This document shows positions 10,201 through 22,000 of a stretch of DNA of 64,000 bases, piece by piece. This DNA is from Macrostomum hystrix. Taxonomy: Eukaryota > Animalia > Platyhelminthes. The stretch covers positions 4,092,001 through 4,156,000 of the forward strand of contig CATNEN010000011.1 of NCBI GenBank assembly GCA_950097015.1, given 5' to 3'. Positions within the stretch are counted from its first letter, which is position 1. Every line of letters starts with the position of its first letter. A model generated the notes under the pieces. The model saw nothing but the letters and a program-made list of their open reading frames with translations, was not told where the DNA came from and searched no databases. The translations under genes and the position numbers were made by a program.

Positions 10201-11960
10201 GAGGTGTACAGGTAGGTGCGGCTTAAAGTGAAGCGCTCTGGTAAACAGAGGAAGCTTGCAAGCTTTCTTATAAAATATTGATAGATTAGTGTGCAAAAAC
10301 GAAAATGACTTTTTTCAACCGTTTTTTCTCTTTTTTTCAATTGTTTCAGAGACCTGGTGAACGGCGAATTCAAAAACCCCATCTTGGGCAGTGTGGATGT
10401 TGGCACCATTATTTATGCGGGCGTCTTCATCCAGTATCCAGCGCCCTCAGGAAGCTTGCTGGTAACTAACAACTGTTGGGCCACAAACGGTTTGCAAAGT
10501 GCCGCTCTTGTGACCAACAAGTGCGCTAACACGACGGACGTTTCACTGATCAGTGTCAATGATACTGCAATGGCCGTGCGATTTCGGGTAAGCACAATGG
10601 ATCGGATTTTTTCGGTACCATTGCAGACTTTTTTAAGCCACAGAATGTTATTAGTAAACATTGTACGAGCGTAGATAGTAGATTGTTGGTAGTCTAGTCA
10701 AACCGTAGATTTTGTTAGTAAATCTGATTGATTCTTCGTAGCAAGTATCGTAGGCTCTTGGCAGTCAATATCGTAGATTCTTTGTAGTCGTCACCGTAGA
10801 TTCTTGGTATTCGACATCGTAGATTCTTGGTATCGAGGCTGTTGATTCTTGGTATCGAGACCGTAGATTCTTGGTATCGGCACCTTAGATTCATGGTATT
10901 CGACATCGTAGATTCTTGGTATCGAGGCTGTTGATTCTTGGTATCGATACCGTAGATTCTTGGTATTCGACATCGTAGATTCTTGGTATTCGACATCGTA
11001 GATTCTTGGTATCGAGGCTGTTGATTCTTGGTATCGATACCGTAGATTCTTGGTATTCGACATCGTAGATTCTTGGTATTCGACATCGCAAATTCTTCGT
11101 ATTCGACATCGTATATTCTTGGTAGTAGACATCGCAGATTCTTGGTAGTCGTCACCGTAGATTCTTGGAATCGATGCCGTAGATTCTTTGTATTCGACAT
11201 CGTAGATTCTTGGTATCCATGCCGTAGATTCTTGGTATCGAGGCCGTAGATTTTTGGTATCGAGACCGCAGATTCTTGGTAGTCGTCACCGTAGATTCTT
11301 GGTTTTCGACATCGTAGATTCTTCGTATCGAGACAGTAGATTTTTGGTATCGAGGCCATAGATTCTTGGTGTCGAGACCGTAGATTCTTGGTAGTCGACA
11401 TCGTAGATTCCAGGTAGTCAACATCGTAGATTCCAGGTAGTCAACATCGTAGATTTGTAGATACGTTGCATGCAGAACTTTCCTAAGCATTATCTTCACA
11501 GCTGCGCCCCAAATGAATGTTGCGCCACCGCTGTATTCGGGCTCATGGACCTTGGTATGATCGCTATATCAAAGATTGTTTGTAGTCCTGCTGTTTGGCT
11601 AATACATGTTCGATTATTGGCTGATCAAAATAATCGGATTTCTACCTACAAATCTAAAAATCTCCTTGACACGCTTTTTCCTGAACATTGCAGGCTTTTC
11701 TCTTCAACGGCAGCAGCAGTGCGATCATGCAGCTGTACTGCACAACCACCGTCTGCCGTGTCAACGATCCATCCGATCAGTGCAGCCGGCAGTGCTCGAG
11801 CCTGTTCTCTGGCACCATATCCACAGACGCAACCGGATCCACCGCTAAGCCGGCCTGGCTGTCGGTACGTCAGCCGACCAGTTCAGCAAGTGCTCTCCTG
11901 AGCCAGCCAGCATATCTGTCGGTACTTCTTCTAGCATCGCTCAATGCACTTCTCATGTAA
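7290..11960 (+). CDS. Secreted or GPI-anchored SRCR-SRCR-ZP domain protein (DMBT1/uromodulin-like architecture), 557 aa
   Basis: Exons 7290-7353, 7444-7676, 8052-8302, 8768-9119, 9943-10211, 10350-10587, 11694-11960, all GT-AG and phase-consistent (1674 nt). Signal peptide MAEFRSLIFVLAAILQCVII. SRCR motifs ELRNG...EGLVVV...GTVC...AAAICRSLG and LSC...LINC...C...LSVAC. ZP-C motifs VGTIIY..V, CWAT, NKC, RF|AFLF, LYCTTTVC...C...C. Hydrophobic C-terminal tail. Confidence 0.85.
7693..7995. repeat. Minisatellite, ~20-bp unit CATCCTGTTAGACATACTCA (intron 2 of the SRCR-ZP gene)
   Basis: Direct reading. Confidence 0.92.
8322..8676 (-). mobile_element. SINE family A, near full length (intron 3 of the SRCR-ZP gene)
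   Basis: Reverse complement of the tRNA-like head (gtcggtggcagagcggttaacg), body and tail of the copies at 24288 and 40096. Confidence 0.85.
9300..9765 (+). mobile_element. Old SINE family A copy interrupted by a family B SINE
   Basis: gagggccaacatccaaggcacagtga before the insertion and ggcagaattgc...gctggctgcagg after it. Confidence 0.6.
9391..9721 (+). mobile_element. SINE family B (tRNA head + CORE domain + (ATT)n tail), full length
   Basis: A/B boxes (tgtggttagagcg...ggttcgattcc), CORE-like tgtgtccttcggcaagacacttcactgcattgcttcagttcacccagctgttaaatggg, ATT tail, and 10-bp TSD AGAATAGGCA at 9381-9390 and 9722-9731. Confidence 0.88.
10765..11460. repeat. Minisatellite, ~21-bp variant units (CGTAGATTCTTGGTATCGA..), intron 6 of the SRCR-ZP gene
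   Basis: Direct reading; alternating variant units. Confidence 0.92.
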
Positions 11961-13029
11961 CATTTTTGGCTTCATAATTAGAAGCGGAGGCAATGGTAGA
12001 CTCGACAATCAAACACAAATATAATAATGTACGCATGTAAAATTGAATTATATAATTTACTGCCGTGAGCTTTGAATCAGGTTATATAATCAGTCTATTA
12101 ACAAGAAGCAATGTAATAATAATAAGATTTTAAATATATTATTCTTTTACTCAAAATAAAAAACCTTTGGCTGCATAGAAACTGTTTGGATTTCGGTTTG
12201 ATAAGGTGCGATAATACTCCACATTGAGGTTGGTACTTGTAGGCGACTGGTACCTCCAGAGCTAAGTGTTCTGTCTGAAATTTTATATTTTTCTCATCTG
12301 TGGAAGCCTTTTAAAATTATTCACGTCAACGAGTATATATAATTGCTAGTGGTCCTCGATTCGCAATCGTTTCAGTCCCCCTGCAGTAAAACGAGTAGCA
12401 GCACAAACTGTTTTACACATTTGGGTGGGTTTGGCCGCTTAAATGCCTGCTCGAAGGATTCAAATGCTTGCTACGTTGATACAGTTTTTACCATAGACAG
12501 TGAGCGAAGAGGCTCTGCGTGCATGCATTTTTCATATATTTGGACGGCATAACTAGCGCATAAAATTCTACAGTATTCTAACATGCCAGCCTTTCAGTGT
12601 TCTTATCGAGTCCACCTGTCTAACTGTCATTGGAATTTTCGTCTGCCTACAATTTTGCTATTCTCAATATCTAGACCTCTAGAGCGATGTTATCTATATC
12701 CACTTTCAGTTCAATTAATATTATTCAACCTTGATAACAGACATTCTCATGACGAAATCGCCAAAAAGATCTCGAAATTTTTTATATGTAATGACTAAAA
12801 ATGTAGTTGTTCCCGTCTCAGCTTTGGTCTACCTTGTTTTACATTTTTATAGAGTAAACAATGAATTGTGTCATGGGCTAGAAAATATGAGAAGCTAAAC
12901 AGTAAGTTACGTAATTTCTGTCTACAACACGAAATTTATTTATTGATTGGAAATCAGGATAATCAGACGCATACTTACTAGCTATGCACATTAGTACTTT
13001 CAAATGTCAGAGCCAGCTAGCTAAATAGT

Positions 13030-16000
13030 TCAAGCATTCACAATGCTGAAACTGTCGATAGCATCAACAAGCCGACTGATGGTTCGGCCAGCATCATCTA
13101 GCAGGTGTCTCCACTGCTTCGGCGTCAGTCGAGGCGGGGCCAGTCCTAGAGGTGCCCGAAGTCTGGCACGGAACATGGCGACGCCCCGACCTCCCCGGAC
13201 TGCGCAGTCGTTCAGACACTTAGGTCGCCAGGCCAGCACCGAGCTGTGACCAACTGGAGCCAGTCTGTAGAAAACCTCAGACCTTCGCCTGGTTTTCATC
13301 CACAGTCTGATAGCTACAATCAGTTCGTTGAGTATCGTTGTTTCTGTCAGCTTTGATTCGTCGCCGTTATCGATTGCCGACTGATGAATTTCAAGCCAAC
13401 GCCGAGCTTCGAAGGCCATGTCGTCGAGCCAGTCGTAGAGGCGCTTATAGTCAGCCAGGTGGCCAAACAGGATGCTCTGAAGTCGAAGTCCAGTCAGGGT
13501 GCCGAGTTCGGACAGACTCTGCTTGGCTAGAGCAACAGCGGTTGAGAAATTGGCGAAGGCAACAGGTCCTGGAAGTTAATGGCACAAACTAATTTAGGCT
13601 CAGAAATCGAAGATTGTTATTCCGAAGAAAGCTGATTAGATTTATTATAAGTTTTTTGCTGCGATTTTTTGCAGTTCTAATATTACTTAGGGTGCTACTT
13701 AGACTTTAGCAGAATTGTCGGCAATATCCTGCAGCTGTCGTAGTTCCGTGCCCGTCTCTCGCAGGCTCAGGAACATCTTTCTGTTCCGAAACCAAGAGCA
13801 AACCTGATGGATACCTCGCGAGGCACAGCTTCCACCTGGGGGGCAACCTTGAGAGTGAAATTTTACCTTCTGCGAGTATCAAAAGGTAGATGCTGAGCGA
13901 TTTGCACGTCACTGCCCATTCTTTAACAGTAGGCCTACCAAGCCATTTTGCCACCGTTTTTTATACCAAGGGGGAATCCACCCTTCTTATGCCAGAAAAC
14001 TGCTTTGGCGCTGATAAATTTTAAAGGCCTGTTAAGGCCGCACAGAGGTGCAGTGCTAATCTGTGTATAGGGGTGTATGAAATACACTGGCTCTTATGGG
14101 AAAATTCCGACCTTTTGCCAGAATCATTGAATATCTCGACGTTCTGAAGAGCTGGCGACTTGATCATTATTTAGAAAATGCCAACAAAAATATGGCCAGT
14201 GTGCTTGCGTTGCTTCGCTCGGGTGCAGCACAAAATTACCCCCTTGGTATTTCTGCCAATAACAGAGACCGGCTATACGCTACCTCGGGCCCAACTCGTC
14301 TATCGACGAGGTTTGCCAGCCCAACAGCATCCAACGGATCGTCCAGTTCTTTCAAGCGATAAGACAAACCACATTTTCCTTAGCGGAATGGGCGACCCTC
14401 ATCTCCCCGCTGTGTCCATGGACCGCCCTGCAGCTAAGTGAAGTAAGTCATGAACTCACTATAAATTTAAAAGTACAAACCTGCAGGCAACTTATGCGAA
14501 TCTAGCCTAGTCACATCAGGTCTTGCTTTGTCATTCAAGTCGTCCTCATTGCTCAGTCTGGTCCAAATGCGACGCAGCCTGGCGATGTGCCCGGATGTGG
14601 TCAGTCGCCAGCTGACAGCCAGCCATTCTAGAGACGCCTCGAAGCGCTTGACAGTGAAGGCAAATTTAGATAAAATCGACTGCGTAGTTGTTGACGAAGA
14701 GGCAGCCAGCAAAGTTGAGTCTGATCTCATCTGCATCACAAGTTGCAGAACTGACGAAATAGCGGCTTTGCATAAGACACGCAGCCGATTGAAGACTGGC
14801 TTGATCATTGAGCGCAAGTAAAACTCGTCCCTAATTGACAGCTGTTGAATGTAGTTCAGTGCCGTGGATAAGTCCGCAACCGCTCGAGTAAGGTCTGAAT
14901 CTGGTCGGAGCTGACAAAACAATAAAACCAGTTCGTATTAAGTTACAGTGAATTCAGAAAATAATTTGTTACAACAACCTCTCACCTGCCAGGCAAACAG
15001 GTCGATCGCGAGAGCGTCAGCTGATGCTGCGAACGCTCTTCGACCTGCAGCGGCGAATGCAGGACTGAACCCTACTGGCGATGCCAGGTTTTGAATCAGG
15101 CTGGAGTTCACTGCATGGCTCAACAACCGCTAGAGAGAAAAATGACAGAAAATAGTTAGAAATTAACAATGCTAGGAAATAAATTACTGCAACTCGCCCA
15201 ATAGCAACCTGAATTCTATTTACCACCTATTGTTAGTAGTAAGCATGGGGTTGAGTCGCTAATTGCTAAATGCATTATTATTATTTCTTGTTATTATTAT
15301 TATTTTTTTATTATTAAGCTCACATCAAAGGAAATTGCCGCTGGAAAGCGCCAGGCGTTAATCAGGTCCACTGAACCTTTGTCAGCTAGACGCACTCCGA
15401 CGAATCCGAAGCTCATGTTAGCCGGCACTAACTCCGCTTGCCAAAGGTTGACGCTTCGCGCGTCAGGTTCTCTGGTTGAAGAATATGGCAAGTCAAAGCA
15501 CAATGCTCCAGCGTGGGCAGAGGTGCCATCAAAGCCCAGTGTGGCTAGCGCGGGCACACCGACTGGCCAGTAAATCTGGCGATTTTCGTTAAGCTCCCCG
15601 CTACTCAGTTCAATTCGAACGTTCGCGCTTGATGCATCCAATGTAGCCAGGAGGCGTCCGGCATTTTCCGGCGTTCTGGCGCCACCTTGCGAGGCCAGTA
15701 GGCTCCATGTGAGCCGACCAAATGTTTTCTCAAAGCTCAGATCTAGGAGCGGACCGTTCTTAACCTGAATATACGATCAGATGTTAAATAAAAGTCTAGC
15801 ATGCATACACTTATATTAGAAAAATTTGCACAGCCTACCGAGTAAAATAAACGTTGAAAAGGCACCAATTCAAATTGAATTTCGCGCGAAAATTTGCTTC
15901 CGGCAGGTTCGTAATACTGCAGACGAAGATGACCATTTCTCAGTTCCAGAGCGTTAATCCTTTCTGAGCTATCTGGCAGATCTGACTCCATTTCCAACAG

Positions 16001-19000
16001 CGAGCTTGCCATTGGCGTTGTTAGAATCGCAGAGAACTGGATGCCTCGCCTCGGACTAGCTCGCCACGTCGAAGACAATTCAAGACGCGCCGCTCGGCTC
16101 AGGGACAACAGCAGGTCAAATCGGGAGGCGTTCGCGGCCAGGCTGAGGACGAACCCCGGTGAGGTAAGATACGGCGACTTCAGCTCCATCGTATAGTTCA
16201 TTGAGTCCCCATTGCTAGCAAACAGGCTCAGTCTGTTTGAGTCCAAGGGACGACTATAAAAGTCGGGCCAGAGCAGCATCTCCGACAAACCGACAGACGA
16301 TCGTCGACAAACAAGTCGGATTGTCCGCCAAGGCAGTCGCAGCTCCGTAGTGTCATTGATCGGTACGTAAGTCAGAGTGACACCGGCAGTTTGCCGAATA
16401 TTTGGTGTCAAAAGCAATTGTGACACCCCGTTTGCGACAGTTCGCGAGGCTACTAGGTGCCTAGAACTCGTGAGCCACTCGATCTGCCAGTTATTGTCTT
16501 TGCTGCTATTAATATTTGCACGAAATCGGTTCTTTATGTACAAGTTAAATAATGGCGAATTTCCAGTAGATATCCATGGCACTATGACGCTGCCACTATA
16601 CAAAAGTTGGTCTGTATCGGTTTCAACGCTAAAATCAGCATAGCCAGATGTGCTAGCTGATGCTCGAAGCCCTAGAAACTGATTGGTGCGAGTGCGACAA
16701 ACAATACTGCCAGCTGCTTTACCATCACCCAAGTGCCAGTTCGCATCAGCTTCGTAGTGCAGCGTTTCAGGTACCCCCAAACCACTCACTGTAACAACAC
16801 CCAGAAATTTTCTACCACCACTTCCATTGGATCGATCGTTATTGGATCGATCGATCGTTAAGGAAAAGTCCGCTCTTCGAACACCATAGTTTGCTTTGAC
16901 GCTGTGAACAAGGCTTCTGTCATCGTCATTACTCTTCGATTCGATGCGCGCAAAAGCCGGGGATGTTAAACCGAAATTTGGAGCGGTCAGATTTGCCGTA
17001 ACGACCAGACGTGCCATTGCATTCTCTTGCCGCCAAGGAAAACGAAATAAATTAGGAAAGACAAGCAGCAACTCATCCATGAAGACGTTCGCAGATGCAA
17101 CTCGAAAATCATTTTGCGTCGCTGAAATTTCTCCTAGGTTATCAGCGTTGCCAAAGACGCGAAGGTCTTGCCTCCCTGTGTCGTGGTACCAATTGAAATT
17201 CAATGACTGAGTTGAGGTCTCAATGTGCGCTATGGATGTCGGTGTTGTACTAAAGGCGTGCTGATGTCGAAAACGCCAACCAGACCACAAGTCGGCATGA
17301 AGCACAGCGTTTGAAATGAAGCTTTTTGAGTTCCAGGCGGCGGTGACATTGATAGGACTCGGCACTGCTGGCAGTCGAAGATCTAACTTTGGGGCCAAAG
17401 GAACTCGACCATCGAAACTGCCGTTGACACTGTGTAGGAAAATGAAAGAGCCCCTTGAATAAGACATTGCGAAAGACCCAATGTTACTATTCCGACCATA
17501 TCTTAACTGGAAACTACTTGGAAGGTTGGCATTGACATCCAGTGTGCCAGACGTCGACACAGATGAAGAGCTCGATTGCAGAAGCTGCGTATTGAGACGA
17601 AAGCGAAATTTAAGCAGACTTATTGGCTCAATCATCCACCTAATGTCTACCGGTTGGACTCCGTCAGCACTGATGCGAAGGCTGCTTGGCCCACTTGGCT
17701 GCTCAACGACATACTCGGTGCCCCGAATGATAACTGAAGATGCTGCCATCGGGTTTGGGTCCAAGCTATCACCTCGAAAGCGCAGATCAGCCTTCACAAG
17801 TCCTCCACCATCGTCGAGAAGCAAGCTCAACCTCTTACTCGTACTAATCTCATGTGTGGCTGCTTCACATGTTGCGTTAAGCAAAACTGAAGGGCTGCGG
17901 ACATAAAGACCACTATCAATGATAAATTTGCTACCATTCCTTGACCTGGTCAAGCGGAAAAGTCTCCCTTGAAACAGATGAATTCCTGCAGTAGCTCCAC
18001 TCAGTGTCACATCAAAGTCGTCACCGCCAATACCGCCTCCTGTCACCACACCGAGGCTGAAGTTCGCGACGAATGCATCGGCCGAGTTTGCACCGAAGGC
18101 CACATCGAGAATCCAATCTTCGCTACGCCTGGAACCAAAGTTTTCGCTTTGAACTAGGAGGAGGTTGCTCGAGCGTCTTGCGTTCAACAACCTGAGTGAT
18201 TGGTCATGTGCGCGTCGATTAATATTGATTGACGTTGAAGTAGCGAAAATTTCCAACTGTTGCAGCGAAATCCAAGAAGTTTCTACAAAACTTTGCACAC
18301 CTTGCCGCTTATTTTCGGCCAAAGTGACTGTTAGATTAGCCAGAAAATGTTGCGGTTCTATCGTCAGTATCAAAAGATTGTTGCGGTATAAAACTCGACT
18401 GCTCCATTCCGTCAGCGCCTTGTCCGAAGAGTGCTCGTACAAGGCCAGAAATTCGGAGCTTGGCCCAGAGAGTCCAGCAGACAGCAGAGCACGTCGACGC
18501 GACAGATCGCAACGCAGCTCAGCCGAGCAGCGGCGCCAATGAGCAACCGGTGTTACCATAGCAACGCGCAGACGCAATGGCCACCAATGAGAAAGCAGCT
18601 CAGCCCCAACCACTGGCTCCATGCCATAAACCGAAGCTGGCGATGTCAGAGAAACAGCGAAGTCGACCTCCGCCCGTCGGGTGACGCACAGTCGGCCAGT
18701 CAGGCGAAGCTGCTTGGCGATGTCGGAAAAGGGAGCCGCATCTTCGAAGCCGTACAGATCCACATTCTAGAAAGCACACGATCGAGAAATCGTTTTTTCA
18801 GTACGATCATAAGTTTTAATGTAAGTTATATTTGATCAATACTAAATAGACACAGAAGTACTTTAGAATTACCTGTTCAACTGTTAGATTCATCAGTTGT
18901 TGGTAATTTCCGCCACTGCCCATCTGAATTCGACCACGTCCCCTGGCGTCAGCACGAAACTCGTGGCCGTATCGCACATAGGTAAGAACGGCAGTATAGC

Positions 19001-22000
19001 CTTCAGATTCATCTGCGCTGTTGTAGTTGAGACTGACTCTTTCTACAGTCGGCAGCGATGTATTCAACTGAAAAACTAGCCGACCAACGCCAGCAGGTCG
19101 ATTGATCTTCAAGCGAAAATCGGGGCCCCATCTGCGATTGGCACTCGTTGTTTCGCAGAGCAACTGCAGACCGCCGAGATTGGGCCAGTCAACCTCCAGT
19201 CGCTGATTGGCTGAGAGAACTGGCTGCTCTGCTAGGAACATAATCCGACCAGCTAGCAGATCAACTAGCCCAGTCACTGTGAAGTTTTTAGTCAATGTTC
19301 GGCTGCTTGGATTTAAAATTCGGACGTTGACGGATACTGCACGAGCCTTTGATTTCCAAGCAGCGCCGAGAAATCCTTGCCTCCCGCTAATCTGTGACTT
19401 GGCTTCAAACAGAATAGAGAAGTTTCCCTTTGGAAAGTTCGACAGCAGCGTGCGAAGCGAACCCCTGCCAGCCACTTCAAGAGACAGCCGACACGTCCGC
19501 AGCGCTTTTTCAATGCCAAAATCGAGCAGAACGCGAGAGCCTTTTGCCAGCTCATGTTGATGAAGCAGCCGCAGATTAACAGCATCGATTTCGGTTTCGA
19601 TATTAACGAGCGCGTTGTCACCCAGAATAAAAAGTACATTTTGACGAGCCCTAGCCGTTCGAATCAGCAGCCAGAGCTGTTGTAGGAAGGCCGCTGTAAC
19701 AGCACTGATATCACCTCGGTCAAGGGTGTCGCCGCCGCTTAACAGTCGCTGAGCTGCTCTTATAGTTGTCTCCTCAATGGCTATATTCGCCGACACTTCG
19801 ACGCCGCCTCGACGCAGTAATTTTGGAAGAGCCGGGATTTCCACATTGAGAAAGCAGCCGGCTTGGTGCCACCAGGACGATGTGTTGACAGCGTAAACAG
19901 TGGCGAGTTCGACCTGCAGCTTTAACCTAATCAGAGTGTCGTTATTGGACTCGAGTTTGCTTGCTAGTTCAATAAAGCCGCTTCGTTTGGGACTTCGAAT
20001 GAGATAGCTGTTCAAGCTAAATATTTTTGGCGCAATGCTTCCATCCACGCTGATTTGATGGCTTAAGCGTTTGCTATCTGCTTCGGAAATCAAGGACTGC
20101 TGAAGATTCAAAAGAGACTTTGGTGCTGACTGGTTCGAGTTTCGACTACCAATCAGCAGAAGTGATTGGCGTAGGGTCCCAAGAGCCGGCCAAGAATGTT
20201 GAAATCTCAATAGAAGATTATCATAGTTCACGTTTTTTTCTAGAGCACCGTCAGAACTAACTCGAGCGTCAATCTTGATGCCACGAAGTGGCGACAGACG
20301 TAGTTTTTGGTTGACGTCTTTTATCAGCAAAATTGAACCATTAAGAACTGCCGATTTCGTAATCGATGACCCAGACACAACCACAACACCTCCGGCATTG
20401 AAAAGCAGCAAAGCGGATGTTAGCTCATCTACGGACTCGGACAAATTCAGCCAGGCCTGAGTTAGCCTGAGTCTAGTAGTCACTGACGTCAGATCGCATG
20501 TTTGAGACATCTCACCGACGCCTGTCATCGTCAGTTGGCTCAAATCGCGGGACTCGGTAAATGAGAAATTTAAACGATCGGTTCTGTCCAGCTTCGTGTT
20601 AGGCAATATCATCGATGTCTTGTTACTTGCATTGTGATCAGTAGCGAAAGCAAGTCTGTGCACTAAGCTGAGGTTGAATGATGTTTGGTTGTCTGCTATT
20701 TTGATTCGCTCAATTATTCCTCCAAACTGATGTCGCATCCAGCCTAAACCAAGTCGTCTAGCCTCGGCTAGCTCAACAAAGGACAGCACAGTGGAGCTGC
20801 GGGTTGAAGACAGACTGCCAGCAACTCCGAGCCGCAATGATGCTGTCCCGCTGATCGATAGCTCATTTAGCTGTGCGAATACCGTGGCATTGAAGTCCTT
20901 CGCACCCAGACGCAACGTACGTCCCAAGGTGAGGCTCCCAAATTCGCTGCCAATGCCGCGACTGGCGTTGGGAAACCGGATCGTAAACTGGCTTGTGCCT
21001 GAAGCGTCATCAGACACAACTTCCAGACCAATGCGCTGCCACGGTCTGTCAACTCTTGACAAATCGCCTGTCAGTCTGGAATAATAAACGAAGCAAAAAC
21101 ATTCATTTTCTGAGTGACTGCGAGAATGCCTTCTGTACTCACCGCCAGTCGCCATCGTTGTCTCGCCAGTTCCCGTGAAACGCATACTCCTGACTGCCAG
21201 CTCGGAGACTTGCAGCGGCTTCGCCACCCTTTGACTGCGTCGTCAGACTAGAATTCAATGTCACCGGGAACACAGGATTCTGCGCATTGAAGAACAAAAC
21301 GCTGCCTTCTGAACCTTCGGCTCGGCTGATGTACAAGCCAAAGTGACGTTGTGGTGAATCTCTGTTACCGAATATCAACGCTGTCTTGGAGCCCGAGCCA
21401 GAGCTTTCCATTTCAAATGTGGCTTCAAAAATGTCAGCTTTGGGATCCTGACAAATTATTAAATTTTAATACTGCTGTAATAATATTTTTTCAGGTAAGT
21501 CAAGTAAGTCTTTGTAGTCTGCACACAGAGTGTACTATTCTCGTCGGGTAACTTTCTTCACTACAAAATCCAATGAATTTACCTATGGTTCTGCGTGTTT
21601 TGAGTCTCAATACATAAGCTGAGTCTGTATTAATTGTCTAATTGACTTTATCAATCAAATTGGCGCGGGAAAAAATCTTACCTGGCGTTCCAAAACCAAA
21701 CTGACTTCGCTCAATTGTCTTTGCAGCTTTTTAATATTCGCGCACAGGTTATGCCCTGTCAGTGTCCTGGAAAATGTTCTCAGGCACTCCTGCCATGATG
21801 TACGCACTGCATCATCTTCGTCAATGTCCCTTACTTTTTTCTTGCCAGTTTTATGGTCGCGTAGTTCATCAGTTCGAACAGCGATGCGCGTACGCAGAAG
21901 AACCTGACGAGGCAGCGGCGAACGCAGACCTAGCGAAAGGCTCTGACCATTCCCATTGCTACCAGGTAGTTTCCTGCGCCAGAAAATTTCACCAGAAAAT

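Noticed and set aside
10715-11499. Repetitive ORFs (YQESTMSNTKNLR)
   Set aside because: Intronic minisatellite, antisense to the SRCR-ZP gene.
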